From Octopus vulgaris (taxonomy: Eukaryota), in the NCBI GenBank assembly GCA_951406725.2, contig OX597842.1:930001-994000 (forward strand): a stretch of DNA of 64,000 bases, in the 5' to 3' direction. Under the pieces are notes generated by a model that was not told where the DNA came from, did not search any database, and saw nothing but the letters and a program-made list of their open reading frames with translations. The translations under genes were made by a program, and so were the position numbers. Within the stretch, counting starts at the first letter, position 1. Each line of letters begins with the position of its first letter. This document shows positions 14,692 through 29,280 of the stretch, piece by piece.

Positions 14692-15630
14692 TACTCTTTT
14701 ACTTGTTTCAGTCATTTGACTGCGGCCATGCTGGAGCGCCGCCTTTAGTCGATCAAATCGACCCCGGAACTTATTCTTTGTAAGCCCAGTACTTATTCTA
14801 TCGGTCCCTTTTGCCGAACCGCTAAGTGACAGAGACGTAAACGCACCAGCATCGGTTGTCAAGCAATGCTAAGGGGACAAACACAAACACACACACACAC
14901 ACATGCATATATATATACGACAGGCTTCTTTCAGTTTCCGTCTACCAAATTCACTCACAAGGCATTGGTCGGCCCGGGGCTATAGCAGAAGACACTTGCC
15001 CAAGATGCCACGCAGTGGGACTGAACCCAGAACCATGTGGTTGGTTAGCAAGCTACTTACCACACAGCCACTCCTGCACCTATGTATATATACATATATA
15101 CGACAGGCTTCTTTCAGTTTCCGTCTACCATATCAACTCACAAGGCATTGGTCGGCCCGGGGCTATAGCAGAAGACACTTGTCCAAGATGCCACGCAGTG
15201 GGACTGAACCCTGAACCATGTGGTTGGTTAGCAAGCTACTTACCACACAGCCACTCCTGCACCTATGTATATATACATATATACGACAGGCTTCTTTCAG
15301 TTTCCGTCTACCATATCCACTCACAAGGCATTGGTCGGCCCGGGGCTATAGCAGAAGACACTTGCCCAAGATGCCATGCAGTGGGACTGAACCCTGAACC
15401 ATGTGGTTGGTTAGCAAGCTACTTACCACACAGCCACTCCTGCACCTATGTATATATACATATATACGACAGGCTTCTTTCAGTTTCCGTCTACCAAATC
15501 CACTCACAAGGCATTGGTCGGCCCGGGGCTATAGCAGAAGACACTTGCCCAAGATGCCACGCAGTGGGACTGAACCCTGAACCATGTGGTTGGTTAGCAA
15601 GCTACTTACCACACAGCCACTCCTGCGCCT
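14692..15630 (-). mobile_element. SINE A tail plus four tandem heads (183-bp period)
   Basis: ACGACAGGC recurs at 14917, 15100, 15283 and 15466. Confidence 0.95.
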
Positions 15631-16016
15631 ATGATGATGATGATGATGATTTCAAATTACTACAAGTACTAAATGATAATAATGATGATGATGATGCTAC
15701 CATAAGAAACACCCCCCACCCCATCCCCCCGTAATATTTCTGCCTAAGTTACGAAGGATATTTTTCCGTTTGACAGAGAAGTAATTACACGTCGGGTTCT
15801 TTTAAAAATGGACGTCTTTCATTTCTGGTGCAGAGTTTTGCGGCTTCACAAATTGAAATGACGACATTTCAGAGGCTTGAAATATATTGGATCCGAGATT
15901 TATAAAGAATCGCCAAAGAAATAACAGAAAGTCGACTCTCACACCCTTAAGGGAACACAGACAAACAGATTCGACAGTCATATATACATACTACTATGAT
16001 ACATACATATATATAT

Positions 16017-16095
<79 letters not shown>

Positions 16096-16102
16096 ATATA
16101 TA

Positions 16103-16139
<37 letters not shown>

Positions 16140-16149
16140 TACATATATA

Positions 16150-16195
<46 letters not shown>

Positions 16196-16358
16196 TACAT
16201 ACACAAACACATTTGTGTGCATACATATGTATATATAAATGTATGTATGTATATACATATGTATATATGTGTATATATATATTTGTGTGTGTGTGTTAAT
16301 GTGTATATATATGCATGTTTTATACATATATATATATAGACAGATAGATAGCTAGGTA

Positions 16359-16390
<32 letters not shown>

Positions 16391-16904
16391 TGTGTGTGTG
16401 TGTATGTTTTATATGTATGTATATATATGTGTGTGTGTGTATGTATGTCTATATACATATATATAGCTAAGTGTTTGTGTAAATATATATATATATATAT
16501 ATACATATGTGTGTCTGTGTGTATATTTTATATATATATAGAGAGAGAGACAGACAGACAGATAGATTGATAGGTATGTATATATATGTGAGTGTATGTT
16601 ATATATATATATGTATATATATGTGTGTGTGTGTATGTGTGTATGTATTTAGGAATTATAATACAACATATCTATAAGGAAATATTGTTATAGTTGTTGT
16701 TGGTGGTGGTGATTGAGGTCTTGCAGTTTGTTTTTATGCTGCTCTTCTTCATCCTCTTCTTCTTGTAGTGGCATTTGGTCTTGTTGTATAACAGCGAGGT
16801 GGCTGGGGTCAGCTTTGGTCAAGCACATCCTTAGATCTCAACAATCACAACTATTGCAAAATGCCAGTCAAGAAAGGATTATTATTATTATTATCATTAT
16901 TATA

Positions 16905-17323
16905 GGCGCAGGAGTGGCTGTGTGGTAAGTAGCTTGCTAACCAACCACATAGTTCCAGGTTCAGTCCCACTGCGTGGCACCTTGGGCAAATGTCTTCTGC
17001 TATAGCCCCGGGCCGACCAATGCCTTGTGAGTGGATTTGGTAGACGGAAACTGAAAGAAGCCTGTCGTATATATGTATATATTTATATATGTGAATGTGT
17101 GTGTTTGTGTGCCTGTGTTTGTCCCCCTAGCATTGCTTGACAACCGATGCTGGTATGTTTACGTCCCCGTCACTTAGCGGTTCGGCAAAAGAGGCCAATA
17201 GAATAAGTACTGGGCTTACAAAGAATAAGTCCCGGGTTCGATTTGCTCAACTAAAGGCAGTGCTCCAGCATGGCCGCAGTCAAATGACTGAAACAAGTAA
17301 AAGAGTAAAAGAGTAAAAAGAGT
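16905..17323 (+). mobile_element. Full-length SINE family A
   Basis: A box TGGCTGTGTGG, B box GGTTCAGTCCC, CORE-like CCTTGGGCAA, TA/TG linker, tail ending in (GTAAAAGA)n. Confidence 0.95.
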
Positions 17324-17367
17324 AAGTATATTCAGACCACTTTTTTAGCCCAAGTAAGACACACATG

Positions 17368-17750
17368 GGTGGAAGCACTCCGTCGGTTATGACGACGAGG
17401 GTTCCGGTTGATCCGATCAAGGGAACAGCCTGCTCGTGAAATTAACGTGTAAGTGGCTGAGCACTCCACAGACACGTGTACCCTTAACGTAGTTCTCGGG
17501 GATATTCAGCGTGACACAGAGAGTGACAAGGCCGGCCCTTTGAAATACAGGTACAACAGAAACAGGAAGTAAGAGTGAGAGAAAGTTGTGGTGAAAGAGT
17601 ACAGCAGGGATCACCACCATCCATGCCGGAGCCTCGTGGAGCTTTAGGTGTTTTCGCTCAATAAACACTCACAACGCCCGGTCTGGGAATCGAAACCGCG
17701 ATCCTACAACCGCGAGTCCGCTGCCTTAACCACTGGGCCATTGCGCCTCC
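17368..17750 (-). mobile_element. SINE family C, tail type i
   Basis: TSD TAAGACACACATG at 17355-17367 and 17751-17763. Confidence 0.95.
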
Positions 17751-17764
17751 TAAGACACACATGC

Positions 17765-18032
17765 AGTGCTGGTCAATAGACCTGTAGCTCTGGTCAAACT
17801 CATTGACAACACAAAGTTGAAACACATCTATAGTTCTCATCAAACATAGCAATACCACAGTGCTGGTCAAGCACATTTATACCACAGGCTAAATACACTT
17901 GTAGCACTGGTCAAACACACCAAGAGTACTCGTCAGACATACTTTTAGAACAGAGCTGGTCAAGTACATCTACACCTCAGGTCAAACACATTTATAAGCT
18001 CTGTTTAAACACACCTATACTCTGGTCAAATA
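17765..18032. repeat. Degenerate short tandem repeat built on CTGGTCAA(A/G)CACA
   Basis: Motif recurs about ten times at irregular 20-70 bp spacing. Confidence 0.6.
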
Positions 18033-18044
18033 GTTCAGAAGTCC

Positions 18045-18109
<65 letters not shown>

Positions 18110-18114
<5 letters not shown>

Positions 18115-18767
18115 TGTGTTTGTCCCTACACCATTGCTTGGCAACCAATACTGATGTGTTTCTTTCCCCGTAACTTAGTGGTTCAGCAAAAGAGACTGAT
18201 AGAATAAGTACTAGGCTTACAAAGAATAAGTCTAGGGGTTGACTTCTTCAACTACCACTCCTTAAGGCGGTGCTCCAGCATGGCTGCAGTCAAATGACTG
18301 AAACAAGTATAAGAATAAAAGAATAATTAAGAAATAGATTAGCAATAATTAAGAAAGAGACGCAGGAGTGGCTGTGTGGTAAGTAGCTTGTTTACGAACC
18401 ACATGGTTCCGGGTTCAGTCCCACTGCATGGCAGCTTGGGCAAGTGTCTTCTACTATAGCCTTGGGCCGACTAAAGCCTTGTAAGTGGATTTGGTAGACG
18501 GAAACTGAAAGAAGCCCATCGTATATAAGTATATGTATATATGCATGTGTGTGTTTGTGTGTCTGTGTTTGTCCCCCTAGTATTGCTTGACAACCTATGC
18601 TGGTGTGTTTATGTCCCCGTTACTTAGCAGTTTGGCAAAAGAGACCGATAGAATAAGTACTGGGCTTACAAAGAATAAGCCCGAGGTCGAGTTGCTCGAT
18701 TAAAGGCGGTGCTCCAGCATGGCCGCAGTCAAAATGACTGAAACAAGTAAAAAGAGAAAAGAAAGAG
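18110..18767 (+). mobile_element. SINE A solo tail (18110-18325) and full copy (18360-18767)
   Basis: Match to 16905-17323. Confidence 0.9.
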
Positions 18768-19643
18768 ACAGAGATTAATAATAACTAATTTCTTTTTTTG
18801 GTGCATGAACACCGATTTGTGGGGAGGGAGTAGGTCAATTACATCGACCCCAGTATTCAACTGGTACTTAATTTATTGGCCCTGACAGGATGAAAGACAA
18901 AGGGAACCTTGGCAGAATTTGAACCCAGAACATGAAGATAGACAAAACATAGCCAAGCTTTTTGGCCAGTCTGCTAACGATTGCGCCAGCTCACTGCCTT
19001 CAGATTAGCAATAATTAAGAAATAGATTAATAATAATTACTGTTAATCTATTTCTTAATTGACAAATAAATTAACAGTAATTAAGAAATAAATTAATAAT
19101 TATTAAGAAATAGGTTAGTTATGATTTATTTGCAAAAAGATTGATTATAATTAAGTAGGAAATTATAATTAAGAAATAGATTCTCTATAATTAAGCAGCG
19201 TGTAAAACAGGGGTCAGTTTTCTTTAGATCCCTAATTATCCTTCCAAGAAATTTTGTGGCATTACCTTTATTCTTTATTTCCTTACTTCATTCAGTCATT
19301 AGACTGTGGCCATGCTGGAGCACCGCCTTTAGTCGAACAAATATATATATATAAATATATACTGTGCTGAATTGTATATATATATATATATACATACACA
19401 CATATATATATATACACATATACATATACACATATAGATATACATATATATACACATATACATACATATATATATATATACACATATACATATATATACA
19501 CATATACATACACATATACATATATATACACATACACATATATATATATACACATATATACACATATATACATATATATATATATACACATATACATACA
19601 CACATATATATCAAATATATATACATATATATATACATACATA

Positions 19644-19695
<52 letters not shown>

Positions 19696-19775
19696 CATAC
19701 ATATATATATATACATATATATACATACATATATATATATATATATATACATATATACATACATATATATATACA

Positions 19776-19809
<34 letters not shown>

Positions 19810-19850
19810 CATACATACATATATATATATATATACATACATACATATAT

Positions 19851-19881
<31 letters not shown>

Positions 19882-20004
19882 CATACATATATATATATAT
19901 ATACATACATACATATATACATACATATTTATACATACATACATATATATATATACATACATACATATATATATATGTACATACATACACACACATATAT
20001 ATAC

Positions 20005-20365
20005 ATTTTCTTTTACTTGCTTTAGTCATTTGACTGTGGCCATGCAGGACTTATTCTTTGTAAGCCTAGTACTTATTCTATCAGTCACTTTTGCCGAACT
20101 GCTAGATTATGGGGACGTAAACAAACCAACATCAGTTGTCAAGTGATGGTGGGGGCACAAGCACAGATTCATAAATACATATATATATATATATATGTAT
20201 ACATACGATGGGCTTCTTTCAGTTTCCGCCTACCAAATCCATACACAAGGCTTAGGTTGACCCAAGGCTATAGTAGAAGACACTTGCCCAAGGTGCCACA
20301 CAGTGGGACTGAGCCCGGAACCATATGGTTGGGAAGCAAGCTCTTACCACACAGCCACTCCTGCA
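20005..20365 (-). mobile_element. SINE family A, internally deleted
   Basis: Head and partial tail match family A. Confidence 0.85.
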
Positions 20366-21202
20366 TCCTAATTAATCTAAGTTTTTTTTTTTTGCTTAAC
20401 TGCTAAGTTACAGGGATGTAAACACACTAACAGTGATTGTCAAGCTGTGATGGGGGACAAACACAGATACAAAGATGAACACGCGCACACACACACACAC
20501 ATAGAGCCTTGCAAGTTAATATGGTAGACAGAAATTGAACGAAGCCCATTGTACATATTCTTCTATTCCTTTATTCTTTAACTTCTTTTGGTCATTTGAC
20601 TGTGGCCATGCTGGAAACAATACACCACCCAATCCTGGAATTGAAACCATAATCTTCCAATTGGTACAGAAACACCCTAACCACTAGGCCACAACAGGAC
20701 CTCAGTAGGCACAATTCTACATTCTGATTGATTGCCTTGACTAATCACACACTCAAAACTGTTGGCCTTATGCCAAAACAAGAAAGGATTATTATTATTT
20801 GGAAATCCTTTGTCACACACCTGTGACCTCTTCAGCAACACTTTTCGTTTTCATGTGTGCTTTTGCTCCACTTACACCAAGTGTCGCTGAAAAGGTCACA
20901 GATGTGTGACGAAAGATTTCCGGACAATGGACATGAGGTAAAATTATAAAAAAAACAAGATCATAATTATTATCACTATTATTATTATTATTATTATTCA
21001 ATAAAATTTTTTAAACCTGATATAAACCATTCTCGAGACGTCCTTAGTAAGACTGCCAAGTTTCGTGCAACTGTGACCAGTTATTTGGCCATGAAAAGGT
21101 CACGGACCGACGAACGGACCGACATAAGGCCAATTATAGTAAGATCATCGTCATCATCATCATTATCATCATTGTTATTATCATTACCATTATCATTATC
21201 AT

Positions 21203-22272
21203 TGGGTGCACTGAAAGTGTAGCTGCTAGAATAAGAATAGCTTCGGCAAAGTTCAGAGAGCTCCTACCTCTGCTTGTGACAAAGGGCCTCTCGCTCAGAG
21301 TAAAAAGTAAACTGTATGATACTTGTGTACGAACAGCCATGCTACATGGCAGTGAAACATGGACTGTGACTGCTGAGGACATGAGTAAGCTTGCAAGGAA
21401 TGAAGCCAGTATGATCCAATGGATGTGTAATGTCAGTGTGCATACTCGACAGAGTGTAAGTACCTTGAGAGAAAAGTTGGACCTAAAAAGCATCAGATGT
21501 GGTAGTTGCAAGAGAGACGACTGTGCACTGGTATGGTCAAGTGGCGAGAATGGATGAAGATAGTTGTGTGAAAAAGTGCCACACCCTAGCAGTTGAGGGA
21601 ACCTGTGGAAGAGGTAGACCCAGGAAAACCTGGGATGAAGTGGTGAAGCACGACCTTCGAACTTTAGGCCTCACCAAGGAAATGACTAGTGACGGAGACT
21701 TTTGGAAATATGCCATGCGTGAGAAGACCCAGCAAGCCAAATGAGACCATAACCTCGTGGCCTATGCCAGGGGCGTAACCAGCCCACTTATGCGTACCTT
21801 TTCCTTCTTTGGACACTAAAACTCTGCTTGTGAAGACCTGTTGAGGCAAGTGAAATCAAAATCAAACTCAAATTCGATGACTGGCACCCGTGCTAGTAGG
21901 GTGCAAAGAGAACCATACGAGTGTAATCATTGACAGAGCGGCTAACTGGCTTCCGTGCCAGTGGCACAAACAAGGTGCAATTTGAGCATGAGCGTTACTA
22001 GCGTTGCCTTACTGGCACCTGTGCTGGTGGCATGTGTAAAAAGATTCGAGCGAGGTCGTTGCCAGTATCACCTGACTGGCCCCCATGCCGATGTCACGTA
22101 AAAAGCACCCACTACACTCTTGGAGTGGTTGGTATTAGGAAGGGCATCCAGCTGTAGAACCCTTGCTAGATCAAAATTGGAGCCTGGTGCAGCCATCTGG
22201 TTCGCCAGCCCTCAGTCAAAATCGTCCAACCCATGCTGCATTAAAAGCGGATGTTAAACGATGATGATGATG
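21203..22272 (+). mobile_element. 5'-truncated RTE-clade LINE (RT C-terminus, 3' UTR, (GAT)n tail)
   Basis: VRTAMLHGSETW, HWYGQVARM, GRGRPRKTW motifs across a frameshift near 21500; ends GTTAAACGATGATGATGAT. Confidence 0.93.
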
Positions 22273-22290
22273 CTTATTATTATTATTATT

Positions 22291-22620
22291 AGCAGTGCAT
22301 GCCATCAAAGTGATTCTAGGGTAAAATATACGAAGCCCAGTATACCCATCATGACTACCAGACTGATAAGGGTACACCAGGCATATGCATCACAACCATA
22401 TGTATGTGATATGGTGATCTCATATCAAGATAAACAGCACATGATCTTGCAGGTGGGGCCCAGTTAGAATTTTCTTCAGGTCGAGTAACCCATCCCACTC
22501 AAAAGGTCCCTGAATAAGGATTGTTTAAGGATGTTGAATGAACCACCCATGTTTCTAAAGGTGAATTATTCAAACCTCAAAGAATCCCTCTCAACAATTG
22601 GCTATGATGCTCCCACACTA
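22291..22620 (-). mobile_element. Family D, 5'-truncated
   Basis: Reverse complement of the 3' half of 10424-10978; (TTA)n on both sides. Confidence 0.85.
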
Positions 22621-23046
22621 TTATTATTATCATTATTATTATTATAATTTATTATTATCATTATCGTCATCATTATCATCATCATTGTTATTATTATTAT
22701 TATCATCATTATTATTATTATTATTATCATTATTATTATTATTATTATTATTTAAAGTCATCTTATAATACTGCCTGTTCCTCTGTTACTTAGCCCATAT
22801 GAGGTTGAAGAGGGATGAGGGAGGGATGGAGGGGTGGATAGGGAGGTGGTTCTGAGAGAAATGTGTAATTTCGTTCTAGAACCAAGATTTTTTTACCTCT
22901 ATTACTTAACCGGTCAGTAACGCTCTCACATGGTTAGTGGAATGGAAAGGCAAAGAGGGAAAGAAAAAGGAGAGAGAAAAAGGGGGTAAGGCAAAGAGTG
23001 AGAGAGAAAGAGGGAGAATGCTGTGTGTTAAGTCAATAAAATTACT

Positions 23047-23520
23047 CTTACTCTTTTACTTGTTTCAGTCATTTGACTGTGGCCATGCTGGAGCACCGCC
23101 TTTAGTCGAGCAAATCTACCCCAGGACTTATTCTTTGAAGCCTAGTACTTATTCTATCAGCCTCTTTTCTCTTTTACTTGTTTCAGTCATTTTGACTGTG
23201 GCCATGCTGGAGCACCGCCTTTAGTCGAGCAAATCTACCCCAGGACTTATTCTTTGAAGCCTAGTACTTATTCTATCAGCCTCTTTTCTCTTTTACTTGT
23301 TTCAGTCATTTTGACTGTGGCCATGCTGGAGCACCACATTTAGTCGAGTAAATCGACCCCAGGACTTATTCTTTGTAAGCTTAGTACTTATTCTATCGGT
23401 CTCTTTTCTCTTTTACACTTTTACGTCATTTTGACTGTGGCCATGCTGGAGCACCACCTTTAGTCGAGCAAATCGACCCCAGGACTTATTCTTTGTAAGC
23501 CTTGTACTTATTCTATCGAT
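23047..23520 (-). repeat. Four tandem copies of the SINE A 3' end (about 120-bp period)
   Basis: GACTGTGGCCATGCTGGAGCACC occurs four times. Confidence 0.92.
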
Positions 23521-24119
23521 GTTAGAATCACTCTTTATTTTTCTTTAATATACTCAAAATTTTCTTAATATGTTGCTGCCTCAGGGAATTGCAAAGTTCG
23601 CTTACTCAACCATGTCATTCATCAATCATGGAAGACTCTCAAAATAAACAATCTTCAATCAAAATTACTTTTGTTTAGTAACATATACAACTCTGCTATC
23701 AAGTTCCACAAAATACATCATCATCACCGCCATACTTATTTCTATGAAATTATCCATCGCCATTCTCTCCCTCATAACTAATCAAACAAGAGGTATCGCT
23801 AACTTGAATTTTGAAATGCCATTTTGCCGAGTATCAATTTGCCAAAGATGCTTTATTTATAACAGCTTCGGTTGTCAAGCGATGTCGGGGGGACAAACAC
23901 AGGCACACAAACACACATATATATATACAAATACATATATACGACGGGCCTCTTTTCAGTTTCTGTCTACCAAATCCACTCACAAGTCTTTGGTCAGCCT
24001 GATGCTATATAAATGTATGTAAATACATATGTTTTTCTGTGTATATATATATATATTTGTGTGTGTGTGTGTGTGTGTAAATGTATATATATGCATATAT
24101 GTGTCTGTGTGTATGTTTT

Positions 24120-24160
<41 letters not shown>

Positions 24161-24163
<3 letters not shown>

Positions 24164-24390
24164 AAAAAAGCAACGAGAATGGATTAGTTTTTCAGTACAA
24201 TTGTTTCATACAAAGACAATTGTATGAAACAATTGTACTGAAAAACTAATCCATTCTTGTTGCTTTTTACTCGTTTATAATCACCCCACATTATTGTATG
24301 GTTAATACCATATAGTTTTCTGGTGCATCTAAGTTAAGTACCGCATTCAAGTGAATTCAATAGAATTGACTTGAATCTTAATTGCTTTTA
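24161..24390 (+). mobile_element. Penelope-like 3' end with short 5' inversion
   Basis: Arms 24165-24213 and 24220-24268; GAAACAATTGTA half-hammerhead; tail TCTGGTGCATCTAAnTTAAGTACC shared with about 9200-9225. Confidence 0.65.
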
Positions 24391-24692
24391 TATATATATA
24401 TATATATATATATACAGACAGATAGATAGCTAGGTATGGAACTAGGTATGTGTATAGCTAGGTATAGCTAGGTATGTGTATGCAATGGAACTGAACCCGG
24501 AACCATGTGGTTGATAAGCAAGCTACTTACCACACAGCCACTCCTGCGCCTATATATAAATATATATATACATATATACGACGGGCCTCTTTTCAGTTTC
24601 TGTCTACCAAATCCACTCACATGTGGCTGGGAAGCAACGTTCTTACCACATAGCTACTCCTATACTTATAGTGTATAACTGTTTCACAAGTT

Positions 24693-25275
24693 CTCTCATG
24701 GCTTCTGATCTTAACTGATTGGAAGTGTTATCATGTACATTGTTTTGTCTTGGTATAAAAGATGAGCTACAGCAAATATTCTGCTCAATACCACAGATTT
24801 GCTCGTCAATTGTTTGACCATAACCAGTTGAGCATGTCCCTTAGTGGTTGATGACATGAGCATCTCTGACCACGAGCAGAAGTAGTGGAGGAGCATCATA
24901 GCCATGTGTTGAAAGGAATTGTTAGAGGTTTGGATAATTCACCTCTGGAAACATGGGTGGTTCCTTAAAAATCCTCAAAAATCCTTTAAAATGTTTTAGC
25001 CCAAAGGCCGCGGCCATGCTGGGGCACTGCCGCTGAACATCCTTCGATCAACAACCTTAAACAATCCTTATTTAGGTATCTTTTGAGCAGGATGGGCTAC
25101 TCGACCAGAAGGAAATTCTAACTGGGCCCCACCTGCAAGGTCATGCGCTGTTTATCTTGATATGAGATCACCATGTCGCGCACATATGATTGTGATGCAT
25201 GTGCCTAGTGTACCCTTAATAGACGGGTAGTCATGATGGGTACACTGGGCTTCGTTTATTTTACTCCAGTGTCAC
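24693..25275 (+). mobile_element. Family D
   Basis: Match to 10449-10945 with an internal insertion near 24990-25030. Confidence 0.85.
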
Positions 25276-26107
25276 CAAGCATTTTGCCGAGTGTTCTAAT
25301 GATTCTGCCAGCTCACTGCCCTAAATAATATTAGTAATAATCATTTCAATTTTTGCCTTAAGGACAGCTTGAGTAAGATGAGGATGAGTTGATAAATCAA
25401 CCCCAGTGTTCAACTGGTACTTATTTTATCGACCCCAAAAGGATGAAAGGCACAGTTGACCCCAGCGGAATTTGAACCCAGAACATAGCAATGGGTGAAA
25501 TACCTATTTCTTTATTGCCCACAAGGGGCTAAACAAAGAGAGGACAAACAAGGACAGACAAATGGATTAAGTCGATTATATCGACCCCAGTGCATAACTG
25601 GTACTTATTTAATTGACCCCGAAATGATGAAAGGCAAAATCGACTTTGGCGGAATTTGTACTCAGAACGTAGCAGCAGACGAAATACCTATTTTTTTATT
25701 ACCCACAAGGGGCTAAACACAGAGAGGACAAACAAGGACAGACAAATGGATTAAGTCGATTATATCGACCCCAGTGCATAACTGGTACTTATTTAATCGA
25801 CCCTAAAAGGATGAAAGGCAAAGTCGACCTTGACGGAATTTGAACTCAGAACGCAGCAGCAGACGAAATACCTATTTCTTTACTACCCACCAGGGGCTAA
25901 ACACAGAGAGGACAAACAAGGACAGACAAACGGATTAAGTCAATTATATCGGCCACAGTGCGTAACTGGTAGTTATTTAATCAACCCTGAAAGGATGAAA
26001 GAAGGCAAAGTCGACCTCGGCGGAATTTGAACTCAGAACGTAGCAACAGACGAAATACCGCTAAGCACTTCGCCCAGCGTGCTAACGTTTCTGCCATCTC
26101 GCCGCCT
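25276..26107 (-). mobile_element. SINE B tandem array (three units plus partial copies)
   Basis: About 185-bp units joined at GAAATACCTATTTC. Confidence 0.9.
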
Positions 26108-26833
26108 TAATAATATTAGAAATAATAATAATAATAATAATAATAATGATAATAATAATAATAATAATAATAACAACAATAATAACAATAATAATAATAA
26201 TAATGATAATAATAATAATAATAATAACAAAAATAACATTAATGCTAATAATGTCTTATTTGAGTGTTTCTCTTATTATCATTGTAAATATTGACGTTGT
26301 TCCTGGCAAAACTTGTGAAAGTCTCCAAAACTACCAATGACGGATAATTCCAAAAAGAACAACAACCACAACAACAGCATCAACAACAAAACAACAAAAA
26401 ACTTCAACAACAACAACAAAAGTCACACACATACATAAATATGTATATAAACATACAAAAATATATGAATACATATACACACACATGTACACATTATATA
26501 CACATGTATAAGCACACAGGCATAGACATACATATAAACCTATATATATGTATATATATATATATATACATGTGTGTGTGTGTGTATGTATGTATATGAA
26601 GTCGCATGTGCATGTATGTAGGTGTGAGTGTATAAAAAGCAAGGGTCAGAAAGCATAATTCAAAATCCGGAATCTTATTGGATGGAATTGGTAAAACAAA
26701 TGTTGATGGTTATTGAGGAATATGTCTGCAAGTTGGCAATGAAAATATAGGAAGACTTAGCAATGTTTATTTGCTGACAAAGTAACCAATATCTTGGTGG
26801 AAAGATGAATGTGTGTGTGTGTGTATATGTGCT

Positions 26834-26888
<55 letters not shown>

Positions 26889-27296
26889 AGGGAAAGAGAG
26901 AGAGAGAGTGTGAGTGAGATTATGTATATATGCATGTATATGTGTATATGTATATGTGTGAATATACGTATATATACATAGGCACGTGTGTTTATATACC
27001 TACATCCCAATGTATATATATTGTGTGTATGTACAATGTCTTGCTTAAAGAAAGGATATACATACATATATACATACATACAGACATATATACATACACA
27101 TATATATTTATGTATGTATGTATATACTTAGACACACACACATACACACATTTATGTGTATAAATTTGTGTCTATGTTTTTATGAATGCATGTGCATATG
27201 TGTGTATGCATGCATGTATATATGTATACTCACGCACATGCATGCACATGTATGTATATATGTGTGTAGTGCAAGTATGTGTTTATTAGTTTATGT

Positions 27297-27342
<46 letters not shown>

Positions 27343-27527
27343 GTAAATTGTTTTGGTAGAAGGATGGGTATATATATATATATATATATAAATATATGTA
27401 TGCATACATGCATGTTTGTGAATTTGTATGTGTTCATGTATCTATATATTGATGTATACACATGTATATGTAGTGTATGCATATGAATGTTTAGCTGTGT
27501 GTGTGTGTATATTTAGATGCAGTGAAA

Positions 27528-27862
27528 GGTCCATGGCTCAGTAGCTCGAACATAAGGCTTGCAATCACGAGGTAGTGAGTTCAATTCCCTGACCAGGCTA
27601 TGTGTTGTGTTCTTGAGCAAGACACTTTATTTCGCATTGCTCCAGTTCACTCAGCTGTAGAAATGAGTTGCCAAGTCACTGGTGCCAAGCTGTATCAGCC
27701 CCTTTGCCTTTCCCTTGGATAATATCAGTGGCATGGAGAGGGGAGGCTGGAATGCATGGATGACTGCTGATCTCCCATAAATAACCTTGCCCGGACTTGT
27801 GTCTCGGAGCATAACTTTCTAGGTGAAATCCCATGGTCATATGACCGAATGGGGTTTTTACC
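27528..27862 (+). mobile_element. SINE family E (tRNA head plus CORE-like domain)
   Basis: TGGCTCAGTAG, GAGTTCAATTCC, TGTGTTCTTGAGCAAGACACTTT; second copy at 58021-58253 minus. Confidence 0.85.
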
Positions 27863-28467
27863 CTTTATCCTATATATACATATATTTCTTTAAAACCAAC
27901 AGGGGGATTAAACATACAGAGGACAAACAAGGGTAGACAAAGGGGTTAAGTCAATCACATCGATTCCAGGGCATAACTGGTACTTATTTAATCAACCCTG
28001 AATGGATGAAAGGCAAAGTCAACCTTGATGGAATTTGAACTCAGAACATAACGGCAGACGAAATACTGCAAGCATTTCGCCTGGCGTGCTAACAATTCTG
28101 CCAGCTCACCGTCCTTACTCTATGTACATAAAATGGTATGGGGAGGGGACGTTGGTTTGCCTGGGTGACTGTTGGTCTTCCACAAACAACCCTGTTCAGG
28201 CTTGTACCTCAGAGGGGAACATTCTAGGTTCAATCCAAAGGTCGTTCATGATCGGTGGGGATGTTTATTTTTTTATATATGTGCAAGCATAGTTATGTTG
28301 TAAGTGGTTTTCTCAACGGTATGGTTGGGAAGCAAAATGATTCAGAGACAAAATAAAAGATGTCACAATATGATATGCTTACATCACTGGTCGTAATTAA
28401 AGAAATATGAGTTTCCAACCATTAAGAATTGGTATCAGACAAACCCAAGAAAATCCAAGAAAATCAA

Positions 28468-28666
28468 ACTCTCTCTTTACTCTTTTACTTGTTTCAGTCA
28501 TTTGACTGCGGCCATGCTGGAGCACCACCTTTAGACAAGCAAATCGACCCCGGGACTTATTCTTTGTAAGCCCAGTACTTATTCTATTGGCCTCTTTTGC
28601 CGAACCGCTAAGTGACGGGGACTTAAATATACCAGCATCGGTTGTCAAGCAATGCTAGGGGAACAA

Positions 28667-28703
<37 letters not shown>

Positions 28704-28879
28704 CATACATATATACGACAGGCTTCTTTCAGTTTCTGTCTACCAAATCCACTCACAAGGCATTGGTCGGCCCGGGGCTATAGCAGAAGACACTTGCCCA
28801 AGATGCCACGCAGTGGGACTGAACCCGGAACCATGTGGTTGGTTAGCAAGCTACTTACCATACAGCCACTCCTGCGCCT
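28468..28879 (-). mobile_element. Full-length SINE A
   Basis: Match to family A. Confidence 0.93.
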
Positions 28880-29080
28880 GAGATACACCTTATTTTAAAT
28901 TAATGACTTCAAGGCATGTAGCATTTTGTTATGCAACCATAATATCATATGAAGTAAAATAAATGGTTTTAGGAGTCAACACCATGTTCTACTGTGTTAG
29001 CAGTGCTGTTTGTATTATTTTGTTTCTGTAGGAATAACCTCAACTTAATTTTATAATCTCGACAGTGAGAGTTCTGGGTA

Positions 29081-29238
29081 CAGGAGTGGCTGTGTGGTAA
29101 GTAGCTTGCTTCTTAACCACATGGTTCTGGATACAGTCCTACTGTGTGGCACCTTGGGAAAAGTGTCTTCTACTATAGCCTCAGGCCAACCAAAGCCTTG
29201 TGAGTGGATTTGGTAGATGGAAACTGAAAGAAGCCAGT

Positions 29239-29280
<42 letters not shown>

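Noticed and set aside
14856-15734. 292-aa ORF with 61-aa Cys/His repeats
   Set aside because: Antisense reading of a SINE head array whose 183-bp period is a multiple of three; the 175-bp sister array does not keep frame.
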